Source: Longimicrobiales bacterium
GTDB taxonomy: Bacteria > Gemmatimonadota > Gemmatimonadetes > Longimicrobiales > Gaopeijiaceae
Assembly: GCA_041690395.1 (NCBI GenBank)
Contig: JAWLHJ010000004.1
Location: 497,365 to 561,364 of the forward strand
Reading direction: 5' to 3'
DNA length: 64,000 nucleotides
This document shows, piece after piece, positions 40,441-49,928 of the stretch. The first letter of the stretch is position 1. Every line of letters begins with the position of its first letter. The notes under the pieces were generated by a model. That model did no database searches. It was given only the letters and a program-made list of their open reading frames with translations, and had not been told where the DNA came from. The position numbers and the translations under genes were made by a program.

Positions 40441-41466
40441 TCAAAGCTCCCTGGTCTGCGCACCGGCGAACAAACGTCCGCTCGGATCGAACTCGAATGC
40501 CGGTCGGATCTCGCCGACCACCTCTCCCCGCGTATTCCGCACCGCCGGCCGCCCGTGCCGGGACAGGGCCGCGACCTCGCCGGAGGTCAGTGCGCCGAGC
40601 AGCTCGAGCACCCGCACCAGCGCGACCTCGACCGCCCTGCGCCCTCCGTCCGCCACCTTGATGGCGAAGCCCAATCCTTCCGCCGGCCATCCCCCTCCGT
40701 AGACACCCTCGGCGCCCAGCTTCACGAACACACGGCCCTCGCCTCGCGCCATGACGTCCGTGCACGTGCGCCCCTCGCCACCCACCATGAACGGCCGGCC
40801 GGTCATGGCGCGTACGATCCGCGCCGCCGGCTCTTCGTCCGCGGCCGCCCGAGCGAAGCGCGCGAACGCTCCGGCCATGCGCTCGAGCGTCACGGCGAAG
40901 CACGGCACCCCGCATCCGTCCACCGCCACCGCAACGTCACGCCGCGGCACCTCGGACCACCGCGCGATCTCGTCGAGCATCCGCTCCTGCACCGGATGGT
41001 CCGGGAGATGGTAGTCCAGCGGATCCCAACCCATGCCCACGGCGAGCGCGAGCATGCCGGCATGCTTCCCGGAGCAGTTGTTGTGGATCCGCTGCGGAGC
41101 CCCTCCTTCCGCGTACACCGCCCTCGCCGCCTTCGACGAGTACGGAGCGTGTGCGCCGCACCGGAGCAGCGCCTCGTCGACCCCGGCCTTGGCCAGGATG
41201 GACCGGGCGGCCGCCACGTGTTCGGGGCTCCCCTCGTGCGAAGCGCAGCAGAGCGCCAACTCTTCCGAGGTGAGGCCGAGACGGTCGGCCACCTCCTCCT
41301 CGACCAGCGGCAGGGCCTGCATGGGCTTGGCCGCAGACCGGTAGAACGTGACCCCTTCCACGTCGCCGACCGACGCGACCCGTCGACCGGACGCGTCGCA
41401 CACGACCACCGACACCCGGTGGCGCGATTCGACGATGCCGCCACGCACGACCTCGACGTGACTCAT
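40441..41466 (-). CDS. L-asparaginase II family protein
   Basis: RGGIVES.H, RSAAKPMQA, SH.G, NNCSGKH, DGCG, K.GAEG. Confidence 0.9.
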   Translation of the reverse strand: MSHVEVVRGGIVESRHRVSVVVCDASGRRVASVGDVEGVTFYRSAAKPMQALPLVEEEVADRLGLTSEELALCCASHEGSPEHVAAARSILAKAGVDEALLRCGAHAPYSSKAARAVYAEGGAPQRIHNNCSGKHAGMLALAVGMGWDPLDYHLPDHPVQERMLDEIARWSEVPRRDVAVAVDGCGVPCFAVTLERMAGAFARFARAAADEEPAARIVRAMTGRPFMVGGEGRTCTDVMARGEGRVFVKLGAEGVYGGGWPAEGLGFAIKVADGGRRAVEVALVRVLELLGALTSGEVAALSRHGRPAVRNTRGEVVGEIRPAFEFDPSGRLFAGAQTREL

Positions 41467-41559
41467 GGGTCGCTTCCGGTCGTCGGGGGTTCGGTGAGCA
41501 CGTGCATGGGTTCAAGAGAGCCCGATTCGGCCGATCGCGACATGTCGGGATGGGACAGA

Positions 41560-43179
41560 TTACGAGCCGGAAGGCACCCCCGCACGCCCGTCGACCGCCG
41601 CGAACAGGTCGTCCGTCGACCGGGCTCCCGCGAGGAGATCGAGGGCCGCTTCGAGCTGACGATCGAACGGAACGCCCTGCTCGAACTGACCCTGCTCGCC
41701 CCAGGCCTGCAAGGCGATCTCCCGCTCCAGATGATACCGCACGAAGCGCTCCGCCCGCTCGAAGTCCTCGAGCGCAACGGGCTCGCCGTCCTCCGGAAGC
41801 GATCCGTAGAACTCGCGCAGGTCCCCTCCGCTCAGGGAGAAGCCACGAGCGAGCCCCGCGTGGTCGCGGACGTACGCCACGGCATAGCTGAAAAGCGCCT
41901 CCTGGAACGCGCCCCCGCGCCGGAAGATGCGCTGCACGGCCCGCGCCTCCGCCTCGCTGAGCGTCTCGGGTGTGACGAGGAGGTCCGGCACGATGCCGCC
42001 GCCGCCGTACAGGGTGCGGCCGCCCATCGACGTATGCGTGGGGCGGTCGCCGACGCCGGAGGAGTCGACCACCTGACCCGAGATCGCGAGCACGGGCTCG
42101 GTGCTTTCCGTCTCCATGTCCTCGAGCCGATCGATGGAGCGCCCGGCCGGCGTGAACCACCGAGCGGTCGTGAGGCGGAGCACGTTGCCGCCGGTCAGGC
42201 GGAACAGGCTCTGGACCGACCCTTTGCCATAGGTCGTCTGCCCCAGCACCACCGCCCGGTCGTGGTCCTGGAGTGCCCCCGCGATGATCTCGGACGCCGA
42301 CGCGCTCGTGCCGTCGACGAGCACCACCACCGGCACGCCGCCGTAGCGGTCGGGATCACTCGCCCGGAACACGTCGTTCTGGTCGACCGCCCGGCCGCGC
42401 GTCTCGACGATTCCGTCGCCCGGCTCCAGGAAGAGGTCCGTCACCGCGATGCCTTCATCGAGCAGTCCGCCGGGGTTGCCGCGCAGGTCCAGCACGAGCC
42501 CGCGCATGCCTTCGTTGCGCAGAGAGTCGATGGCCGCGCGCACCTCGCTGGACGAGGTCTCCCGCACCGTCTGGAGCGGCACGTAGCCCACGTCCCCCCG
42601 CAACATGGACGCGAACGGGACCGCCTTCAGCTGGATCACCGCCCGCTCGAGCGTGAAGGGGATCGGCTCCTCGACTCCGGGACGCAGCATGAGGACCCGG
42701 ACCTCGGTGCCCGGCCGGCCCCGGAGGAGCTCGACGGCCTGATCGGTGTTCATGGTATCCGCACGGATTCCGCCGATCTCGTAGAAGCGGTCACCCGCCC
42801 TCAGCCCGGCGCGCGCCCCGGGGGAGCCCGGTATGGGGCTCACCACGGTCACGTAGCCGTCCCGGTCGATTACCTCGAGCCCGACGCCTCCGTACTCCCC
42901 CTCGGTCCGGATCCGCAGGTCCTCGTAATCGCGGGCCGGGAGGAACGAGGAGTGCGGGTCGTCGAGGTCACGAATGAGCCCGTCGATGGCCGACTGGTAG
43001 AGGGTCTCCTGGTCGACCTCCTCGACGAAGCTGGACGTCACCCGGTCGACCACTTCCTGGAGGACCCGCACCTGCGTATAGAGGTTCGCCGAGCGATCGA
43101 CGCCTTCCTGGAGCAGCCACCCTCCGGCCGCGATCGAGAGCGCGACCACGAGCGTGGGCACCACGAGTCCTCTCTTCAC
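41560..43179 (-). CDS. S41 family C-terminal processing peptidase (CtpA-like)
   Basis: Signal peptide, DPHS, PDZ domain, DLRGNPGGLL, SASASEI, GKGSVQ. Confidence 0.94.
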   Translation of the reverse strand: MKRGLVVPTLVVALSIAAGGWLLQEGVDRSANLYTQVRVLQEVVDRVTSSFVEEVDQETLYQSAIDGLIRDLDDPHSSFLPARDYEDLRIRTEGEYGGVGLEVIDRDGYVTVVSPIPGSPGARAGLRAGDRFYEIGGIRADTMNTDQAVELLRGRPGTEVRVLMLRPGVEEPIPFTLERAVIQLKAVPFASMLRGDVGYVPLQTVRETSSSEVRAAIDSLRNEGMRGLVLDLRGNPGGLLDEGIAVTDLFLEPGDGIVETRGRAVDQNDVFRASDPDRYGGVPVVVLVDGTSASASEIIAGALQDHDRAVVLGQTTYGKGSVQSLFRLTGGNVLRLTTARWFTPAGRSIDRLEDMETESTEPVLAISGQVVDSSGVGDRPTHTSMGGRTLYGGGGIVPDLLVTPETLSEAEARAVQRIFRRGGAFQEALFSYAVAYVRDHAGLARGFSLSGGDLREFYGSLPEDGEPVALEDFERAERFVRYHLEREIALQAWGEQGQFEQGVPFDRQLEAALDLLAGARSTDDLFAAVDGRAGVPSGS

Positions 43180-43247
43180 ATTCCCTCCAGATATCCTTCG
43201 AAAGACACGCCTACCGACCCGGGCCACGAGCAGAGGGCATGAGAAGA

Positions 43248-43898
43248 TTAAACCTTCGCGGCCCCGAAGGTTTCGGGGTAGCGCCCCGAGAGCAGATCCC
43301 GGATGCGGCGGTGTACTTCTTCCAGCGTCCCCGCCGCGGAGATCGTCGCCACCCCCGCCTCCCCGGCCGAGAGCTCGAGGTACCCCTCCCTGACCCTGGT
43401 CAGGAAGGCGCTTCCGGCTCGCTCGATCCGGTCCGGATCCGCGCCCGACCTCCGTTGCCTCGCGGCGCCGTCCGCCACGGGCAGGTCGAGCAGCACGTAG
43501 AGATCGGGACGAAGCCCGCCGGTGGCGAAGTCGATGCCCGACCGCACGGCGTCGAGGTCCAACCCGCGCCCGTAACCCTGGTACGCGAGCGTCGACAGGG
43601 CGAACCGGTCCGCGAGCACGACCTTCCCCGCCTGCAGCGCGGGGCGAACCACGTCGCGGACGAAGGCGGCGCGTGCCGCCAGGATGAGGAGGAGCTCGGT
43701 CTCCGCCGGGACGTCGAGCTCGGCTCGACCGAGCAGAACTTCGCGGATCGCCTCGCCGACGGGCGTGCCGCCGGGCTCTCGCGCGGTCACGTGTGGCACG
43801 CCCAACTCGCGCATCCACTCGGAGAGCAACGCGACCTGGGTGGTCTTGCCGACCCCCTCGCCGCCTTCCAGCACCAGGAACAGCCCTCGTTCGCTCAT
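43248..43898 (-). CDS. tmk: Thymidylate kinase
   Basis: EGGEGVGKTT, REPGG, DRF..ST.AYQGYGRG. Confidence 0.96.
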   Translation of the reverse strand: MSERGLFLVLEGGEGVGKTTQVALLSEWMRELGVPHVTAREPGGTPVGEAIREVLLGRAELDVPAETELLLILAARAAFVRDVVRPALQAGKVVLADRFALSTLAYQGYGRGLDLDAVRSGIDFATGGLRPDLYVLLDLPVADGAARQRRSGADPDRIERAGSAFLTRVREGYLELSAGEAGVATISAAGTLEEVHRRIRDLLSGRYPETFGAAKV

Positions 43899-43982
43899 CG
43901 GGTCAGGCTCCGTGCCAGGCGCCACGCGAGCGGGTGCGGCACGGCCCCTCGAGGCACCGCGCCGCACCGCGTCCGGGCGACT

Positions 43983-45299
43983 TCAGTCGTAGTACTCGAC
44001 GCCGAGGTGGGTGATCATCTCCTCGCCCATCATCCAGCGCAGCGTGTTCTTCAGCTTCCAGTGCTGGATGAAGATGTCGTGCTCCGGATACAGGCCGGGG
44101 GCGGTCTGCGGGCTCTTGAAGTAGAACGAGAGCCACTCCTGGATGCCGCTCATGCCGGCGCGCGACGCGAGGTCCAGGAAGATCGCCAGGTCGAGCACGA
44201 TGGGCGCGGCCAGGATGGAATCCCTGCAAAGGAAGTCCACCTTGATCTGCATGCCGTACCCCATCCACCCGAAGATGTCGATGTTGTCCCAGCCTTCCTT
44301 GTTGTCCCCACGCGGCGGGTAGTAGTTGATCCGCACCTTGTGGTACATATCCGCGTAGAGCTCGGGGTACATCTGGGGCTGGAGGATGCTCTCCAGGACG
44401 CCGAGCTTCGAGACCTCCTTGGTCTTGAACGACTCGGGATCGTCCAGTACCTCGCCGTCCCGGTTCCCCAGGATGTTGGTGCTGAACCAGCCGGAGACGC
44501 CGAGCATGCGCGTCTTGAAGCCCGGCGCGAGGATGGTCTTCATCAGGGTCTGGCCCGTCTTGAAGTCCTTCCCGCAGATCGGCACGCCCTTCTCCTTCGC
44601 CAGGTCCTCGAGGGCCTTGAAGTCGGCCGAGAGGTTCGGGGCGCCGTTGGCGTAGGGGACGCCCTCCATGATCGCGGCATACGCGTAGAGCTGGCTCGGC
44701 GCGATGTCGTCGTGGTTCTCTTCCATCCCCTTCTCGAACGACTCGAGCGTCTCGTGCACCGCGCTCGGGCGAACGTAGACTTCGGTCGAACCGCACCAGA
44801 CCATGACCAGACGGTCGCAGCCGTTGTCCTTCTTGAAGTTCCGGATGTCTTCCCGGAGCTGTTCCGCCAGCTCCCGCTTGTTCGCGGCCTTCTTCACGTT
44901 CGGGCCGTTCAGCTTCTTCACGTACCTCGTGTCGAACGCGGCCGGCATCGGCTTGATGGCGGACAGGAAGTCCTTGATCGGCTCGATGTGCTCGTGGCGG
45001 TCCAGGACACCGGCGTTCACGGCGCTCTCGTAACCGTCGTCGGCGATGGGATCCCAGGCCCCGAAGACGAGGTCGTCGAGCCCGGACAGCGGCACGAAGT
45101 CCTTGATGAGCGGGCTGTTCCCGTCGGTGCGCTTGCCGAGGCGGATGGTGCTCATCTGCGTCAGGCTACCGATCGGCTTGGCGAGGCCCCGGCGCGCGGC
45201 TTCGACGCCCGCCACGAAGGTGGTCGCCACGGCCCCGAAACCGGGGAGGAGCACGCCGAGCTTGCCCTCGGCCGGTTTGATCTCAGTCGGTTGCTTCAC
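43983..45299 (-). CDS. ino1: myo-inositol-1-phosphate synthase
   Basis: G.GAVATT, STE, NGAP, GKDFKTGQT, NILGNRDG, GDNK, DSILAAP. Confidence 0.93.
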   Translation of the reverse strand: MKQPTEIKPAEGKLGVLLPGFGAVATTFVAGVEAARRGLAKPIGSLTQMSTIRLGKRTDGNSPLIKDFVPLSGLDDLVFGAWDPIADDGYESAVNAGVLDRHEHIEPIKDFLSAIKPMPAAFDTRYVKKLNGPNVKKAANKRELAEQLREDIRNFKKDNGCDRLVMVWCGSTEVYVRPSAVHETLESFEKGMEENHDDIAPSQLYAYAAIMEGVPYANGAPNLSADFKALEDLAKEKGVPICGKDFKTGQTLMKTILAPGFKTRMLGVSGWFSTNILGNRDGEVLDDPESFKTKEVSKLGVLESILQPQMYPELYADMYHKVRINYYPPRGDNKEGWDNIDIFGWMGYGMQIKVDFLCRDSILAAPIVLDLAIFLDLASRAGMSGIQEWLSFYFKSPQTAPGLYPEHDIFIQHWKLKNTLRWMMGEEMITHLGVEYYD

Positions 45300-45353
45300 G
45301 TTGGTCCTCGTTCGGTGTTGTGGATCGGCCCCCGTCGCGCGTGAGCCTTGGTG

Positions 45354-45710
45354 TCACGTGAGGATGATGCGGCTCCGTGCGCCTTCTTCGATACCCTCGG
45401 AGACGGTCTCGTTCACCTTGTGCATGACCTTCTCGAAGTTCGCCTGCGCCGCGATGACCCGCTGGAAGGCGGGCCGCTGCTGCAGCTCCTCGGCCACGTC
45501 CTGGTACTCGGTGCGGAGCTCTTCGGTGGGCTGCTTGCCCGCGCGGATCTCCGCCTCGAGCTGCGACTCCAGCTTCTCGATGCGATTTCGAAGCTCGACA
45601 AGCTCGCGGTCCTCGTCCACCGCGTCCATCGCGCGGCGCAGCGCCTGGTACTCGTCCGAGCGCGCGATCGCGTTCCCGAGGTCCTTCGCCTTCTCCATGA
45701 TGCTCGACAT
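45354..45710 (-). CDS. YlbF/YmcA (Com_YlbF) family regulator
   Basis: EKAKDLG.AI..S.EY, helical body, Q..F..VM.KVN..V. Confidence 0.75.
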   Translation of the reverse strand: MSSIMEKAKDLGNAIARSDEYQALRRAMDAVDEDRELVELRNRIEKLESQLEAEIRAGKQPTEELRTEYQDVAEELQQRPAFQRVIAAQANFEKVMHKVNETVSEGIEEGARSRIILT

Positions 45711-45739
45711 CGGTCGTGCCTCCTTCAGTCTGCTTTCGT

Positions 45740-46648
45740 TCAGTCGATACGGCCGGCGGAGCGCTCCGCCAAGACGACGCGCTCCCTGCCGGCCAGGTCC
45801 GCTCTCACGGTCACGCTGTCCCACCCTTCCATCCCTCCGAGCAGCCCCTCGACCGCTCCAGCCTGTCCGGCGCCGATCTCCAGCGCCAGCAGCCCACCGT
45901 CCCGGAGCCGCGCCGGCGCGCCGGCCACGATCCTCCGGATGACGTCCAGTCCGTCCGGGCCCGCGAACAGCGCGCCCTCCGGCTCCCATTCCAGGACCTC
46001 GGGCTGCAGCCCGGGCCGTTCCCGCTCCGCCACGTAGGGCGGGTTGGAGACGACGACGTCGAACCGCTCGTCCTCCGTCAGCGGCTCGAAGTCCGCGCCT
46101 TCGCGGAGGTCGACCCGCTCGTCCAGCCCCGCCGCCGCCCGGTTGAGAGCGGCCACGTCGAGCGCGGCCACGGAGCGATCCGTGGCGACGACCCGACGGA
46201 AGGGGCCCTCCACGGCGAGCGAGAGCGCGATGGCTCCCGACCCGGTCCCCAGATCGAGCGCATCCAGGTCCCCGCCTTCCGGGGCCCGCCCGCGCGCCCA
46301 GCCAAGCACCTCCTCGACCAGCACTTCCGTCTCCGGCCGCGGGATCAGCACGCGTCCGTCGACGAGCAGATCCAGCTCCCGGAAGGGCTGACTTCCAACG
46401 ATATATTGTAGCGGCTCACGACGCGCGCGTCTCTTCACCAGCGGGCGGAAGCCGTCGAGCTCCTCGGGCGTCAGGGGTCTGTCGTATTGCAGGTACAGAT
46501 CCAACCGCTTCAGGCCGAGCGCGTGGGCGAGCAGGTGCTCTCCTTCGAGTCGGGCCCGGTCCACGCCCTTGGCCGCGAGGTAGTCGGCGGTCCAGAGGAT
46601 CATGCGCAGGACTGTCCACGTGTCCGGCCCTCCGTCCACCCCCGTCAC
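45740..46648 (-). CDS. prmC: Release factor glutamine methyltransferase
   Basis: EPLQYI.G, VLIPRPETE, DLGTGSGAIA, SNPPY; adjacent to prfA. Confidence 0.96.
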   Translation of the reverse strand: MTGVDGGPDTWTVLRMILWTADYLAAKGVDRARLEGEHLLAHALGLKRLDLYLQYDRPLTPEELDGFRPLVKRRARREPLQYIVGSQPFRELDLLVDGRVLIPRPETEVLVEEVLGWARGRAPEGGDLDALDLGTGSGAIALSLAVEGPFRRVVATDRSVAALDVAALNRAAAGLDERVDLREGADFEPLTEDERFDVVVSNPPYVAERERPGLQPEVLEWEPEGALFAGPDGLDVIRRIVAGAPARLRDGGLLALEIGAGQAGAVEGLLGGMEGWDSVTVRADLAGRERVVLAERSAGRID

Positions 46649-46656
46649 CGCGACGA

Positions 46657-47751
46657 TCAGGCTTCCGAGGCCGCGAGACGCTCTTCCTCCGCGGCGATGC
46701 GGAGGGAGGCGATGATCTCGTCGAGATCCCCGTCGAGGATGTCCGACAGGCTGTGGAGGGTCAGGCCGATGCGGTGGTCCGTCACGCGGCTCTGCGGGAA
46801 GTTGTACGTGCGGATCTTGGCGGAGCGGTCTCCCGTGCCGACCTGGGTCTTCCGCTCCCGCGAGCGCTCGGCCTCGCGCTCCGCGACCAGGCGGTCGAGG
46901 AGGCGGCTACGCAGCACCTTCATCGCCTTGTTCTTGTTCTTGAGCTGGGACTTCTCGTCCTGGCACGACACGACGACGCCCGTCGGGATATGGGTGATGC
47001 GGACCGCCGAATCGGTCGTGTTCACGGACTGCCCCCCGGGGCCGGACGACCGGAACACGTCGATGCGCAGGTCGTTCGGGTCGATCTGGAGATCGACCTC
47101 CTCGGCCTCCGGGAGCACCGCGACCGTCGCGGCCGACGTATGGATGCGTCCTTGGCTCTCCGTCTCGGGCACGCGCTGCACGCGATGGACCCCGGACTCG
47201 TAGCGGAGTCGTCCGTACGCGCCCTTCCCCTTCACCGTGAAGACGGCCTCCTTGATGGCGCCGGGAATACCCTCCGACACGCTCATGAGCTCCACGCTCC
47301 ACCCTTCGCGTTCCGCCATCCGGCGATACATGCGGAAGAGGTCGGCGGCGAACAGGCCGGCTTCGTCGCCACCCGTGCCCGCGCGGATCTCGAGCACGGC
47401 GGCGCGGTCGGCGAGCGGGTCCGGCGGAATGAGGAGCTCCTTGACCCGGTCCTGCAGCTTGCCGATCCGTTCGTCGAGCGACTCGATCTCGCCCTCGGCG
47501 AGCGCGGCCATCTCTTCGTCGTCGGACTCGGCCAGCTCCCGGGCGCCCGCGCGCTCCTCGACCAGCGAGCGCAGCTCCCGGCCGGCCTCGACGACCGGCT
47601 CCAGGTGCGCCCGCTCCTGACCGAGCTTCCTCAGGCTGTCGGGATTCGACAACACCTCGGGGCTCGCCAGGCCGGCATCGACTTCTGCGAAGCGCGACTC
47701 CGCTTCACGGAGTCGCTCCTCGAGTCGGGGGTCCAACGCGTCGGGCTTCAT
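46657..47751 (-). CDS. prfA: Peptide chain release factor 1
   Basis: PET (RF1-type PxT) recognition motif, GGQ, RTYNFPQ. Confidence 0.97.
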   Translation of the reverse strand: MKPDALDPRLEERLREAESRFAEVDAGLASPEVLSNPDSLRKLGQERAHLEPVVEAGRELRSLVEERAGARELAESDDEEMAALAEGEIESLDERIGKLQDRVKELLIPPDPLADRAAVLEIRAGTGGDEAGLFAADLFRMYRRMAEREGWSVELMSVSEGIPGAIKEAVFTVKGKGAYGRLRYESGVHRVQRVPETESQGRIHTSAATVAVLPEAEEVDLQIDPNDLRIDVFRSSGPGGQSVNTTDSAVRITHIPTGVVVSCQDEKSQLKNKNKAMKVLRSRLLDRLVAEREAERSRERKTQVGTGDRSAKIRTYNFPQSRVTDHRIGLTLHSLSDILDGDLDEIIASLRIAAEEERLAASEA

Positions 47752-47784
47752 GGGAGTGCAGGCGGGAAAAGGACCCGCACAGGG

Positions 47785-47991
47785 TCACTTTCCGGCTTTC
47801 TCGTACTTCCTCTTGAAGCGGTCGACACGACCGGCGGTGTCGACGAGGCGCTGCTTGCCCGTGTAGAACGGGTGGCAGACGGCGCAGATCTCCACGTGGA
47901 TCTCTTCCACCGTGGACATGGTCTCGAACCGATTTCCGCACGCGCAAACGACGTTGGTCGGCGTGGATTCGGGATGAATGCCCTGCTTCAT
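47785..47991 (-). CDS. rpmE: 50S ribosomal protein L31 (Zn-binding type)
   Basis: [29 protein letters not shown]. Confidence 0.97.
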   Translation of the reverse strand: MKQGIHPESTPTNVVCACGNRFETMSTVEEIHVEICAVCHPFYTGKQRLVDTAGRVDRFKRKYEKAGK

Positions 47992-48086
47992 GTCCTGCTC
48001 CAAACGTCCAAGGGGGCCGGCAGGGGCGCACGCGCCCGGCCGAGCTTCCGGGTCCGATTTCCGACCGGTCCCGGTATAGACTGGAA

Positions 48087-48115
48087 AAGTTACCGCGACC
48101 CGGGCCGAGGGTCCA
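48087..48115 (-). promoter_or_regulatory. Putative sigma70 promoter of rpmE-prfA-prmC
   Basis: Minus strand TGGACC-N17-TAACTT. Confidence 0.45.
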
Positions 48116-48181
48116 GGGAGCGCGTCGGTGCTCGTGCTGTTCCGGAGGGCGGGCGACACCGGACCGGCTGGGCCAGGACGC

Positions 48182-48369
48182 CGGTCTCGTCCGCACGCGC
48201 TTCGAAAGTCGTTCGAAAGTCGAACGAAGCTCGAAGAGCCGCGACCCGTGGGTATGAGACCCTATGTCCTTGCCACCTCTGGTCATCGGGGCCCACGTCC
48301 GTTCGACGGTGACGGACGAGATCGTTCGAGACTCGAACGAGTCTCAATGTGGCGAAGAAAGGCGCCACA
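48182..48369. other. Structured palindrome-rich intergenic element (candidate ncRNA or operator array)
   Basis: Nested complementary segments 48185-93/48313-21, 48219-26/48300-07 and 48247-52/48292-97; two TCGTTCGA-N3-TCGAACGA palindromes; no credible ORF. Confidence 0.5.
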
Positions 48370-48384
48370 GCGCCTGGTCGCCGC

Positions 48385-49908
48385 TCAAGCTGCGGCGGCT
48401 CGGGCACGCCGGCCGATCCCCGGCAGCACGACGAGCCCCACCAGGAGGAGCGTCGACCCGAGCCCTACCAGATCCCCGGTGCGTGTGTAGAGCGTCACGA
48501 TCGAGCCGGATCGCACCACGCCCGTCGCGACACGGGTTTCCGGGCCAGGCGACAGGCGGGCACTCACTCGCCCGCTCGGGTCCACCACGTACGAGGCCCC
48601 ACCGTTGGCGCTCCGGACCGCGCCGACGCGATGCTCGATGGCCCGCATCACCAGGTGGGCCGCGTGCTGCTCCCGGCCCGCGCGCCCGAGCCCTCCGCTC
48701 GCGCCGAACCAGGCGTCGTTACTCACGTTCACGAGCAGGTCGGCGCCGGCGAGCCGCGCGTCGCGGGCCGCCTCCGGGAAGATCGCCTCCCAGCAGACCA
48801 GCGGTCCGAGCACCCGGCCACCGTCGCGCAGGGCGACGACGGGCGCCACCGCGGTCGAGCCTCCGGCCGCCGACGCGTCGCTGGGCCACCACTCGACCAG
48901 GGGCACCAGGCGCCGCTTCCGGTACAGCGCCGGGGCCGCACCGTCCGGGCGGGCGAGCACCGCGAGGTTCTGGGGTGCCGTCCGGCCCCTATCCACGTAG
49001 GCGCCGAGAAGGATCGAGACGTCCCGCTCGGCGGATGCCGAGCGCGCCCGCTCCACCAGGAGCGCCCCGTCGAGCCCCTCCGGCCCGGCCATGGCGAGGC
49101 CCTCGGGAAGCACCAACAGGTCGACGGCCTCGCCCCCCGGCGCGGCCGGCGCTGGCTCCACCGCCATGTCCAGCGCGACGTCCAGCACGGCGCTGGCTCG
49201 CTCGCGCCAGGCCGCGGTATCACGCCGCGCGGCGGCCGGAACGTCCGAGGCCACGACCGCCACGCGAGCCATGGGCACGGTCGTGAGCGTCCGAGCACGC
49301 GCGAGGCCCCACGCGGCGGGAGCCAAGACCACCGCGGCCAGGGCCAGCCCGATCCGCGCGCGCGCCCGTCGCGGCGACAGCAGCGCCGTCGCCAGAACGC
49401 CGCTGACGAGGGCGAGCCAGAACGCCACACCACGCGCGCCGACCAGCTCGGCCATGCCGACGAGCTCCGGATAACCGGTGAGCGACGTCCCGAGGCCGAG
49501 CCAGGGAAACGCCAGGGGGCCCGGAAGGTGGCCCTGGAGCCATTCCATGGCCGTCCAACCCACGGGAAGCGCCAGCCACATCGGCGCCCGGGCTCGGTGC
49601 ACCATCCGGTGCAGCGTCCATCCGAAGGCGGTCGTGAGACCCGCCAGCAACCCGACGACGAAAAGGAGCGCGAGAGGGGCCCAGCGCGTCGTCCACCACA
49701 GGGCCGGCGCGATCCAGTGGAGAAGCAGGCCGTGCATGACCACGCCGAGGAGGAGCCCCCCGCGCGCGGCCGCCGCGGCGCCGTCGGCACCGGCCGGAAG
49801 GCGGGCTACCCACACGGCGAATGGAACGAGCGCCAGGAACGGAGGGACGAGCAGGTGCAGCGGCGGGAAGCACGCCGCGAGCAGGAGCCCGGACGCGGCG
49901 GGAAACAA
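48385..49908 (-). CDS. lnt: Apolipoprotein N-acyltransferase
   Basis: TM region with FPW..LG; nitrilase triad PE / KRRLVP / CWE; SNDAWFG. Confidence 0.93.
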   Translation of the reverse strand: MFPAASGLLLAACFPPLHLLVPPFLALVPFAVWVARLPAGADGAAAAARGGLLLGVVMHGLLLHWIAPALWWTTRWAPLALLFVVGLLAGLTTAFGWTLHRMVHRARAPMWLALPVGWTAMEWLQGHLPGPLAFPWLGLGTSLTGYPELVGMAELVGARGVAFWLALVSGVLATALLSPRRARARIGLALAAVVLAPAAWGLARARTLTTVPMARVAVVASDVPAAARRDTAAWRERASAVLDVALDMAVEPAPAAPGGEAVDLLVLPEGLAMAGPEGLDGALLVERARSASAERDVSILLGAYVDRGRTAPQNLAVLARPDGAAPALYRKRRLVPLVEWWPSDASAAGGSTAVAPVVALRDGGRVLGPLVCWEAIFPEAARDARLAGADLLVNVSNDAWFGASGGLGRAGREQHAAHLVMRAIEHRVGAVRSANGGASYVVDPSGRVSARLSPGPETRVATGVVRSGSIVTLYTRTGDLVGLGSTLLLVGLVVLPGIGRRARAAAA

Positions 49909-49928
49909 ACGCTCGCCCGAGCGCGCCG

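Noticed and set aside
40225..43242. Very long plus-strand ORFs antisense to real genes (e.g. 40225-43242, 1186-3177, 29832-32057, 43239-45344)
   Set aside because: Shadow ORFs expected in high-GC DNA with strong codon bias; Arg/Gly/His-rich with no family motifs, lying opposite well-supported genes
48200..48214. CTTC-N7-GTTC as an alphaproteobacterial-type LexA box
   Set aside because: One mismatch, too short to be significant, no adjacent SOS gene, and the LexA motif of this lineage is unknown to me
48090..48490. Small ORFs across the lnt-rpmE gap (48090-48407 minus, 48128-48490 plus)
   Set aside because: No clear RBS, not protein-like, and overlapping lnt or the rpmE promoter
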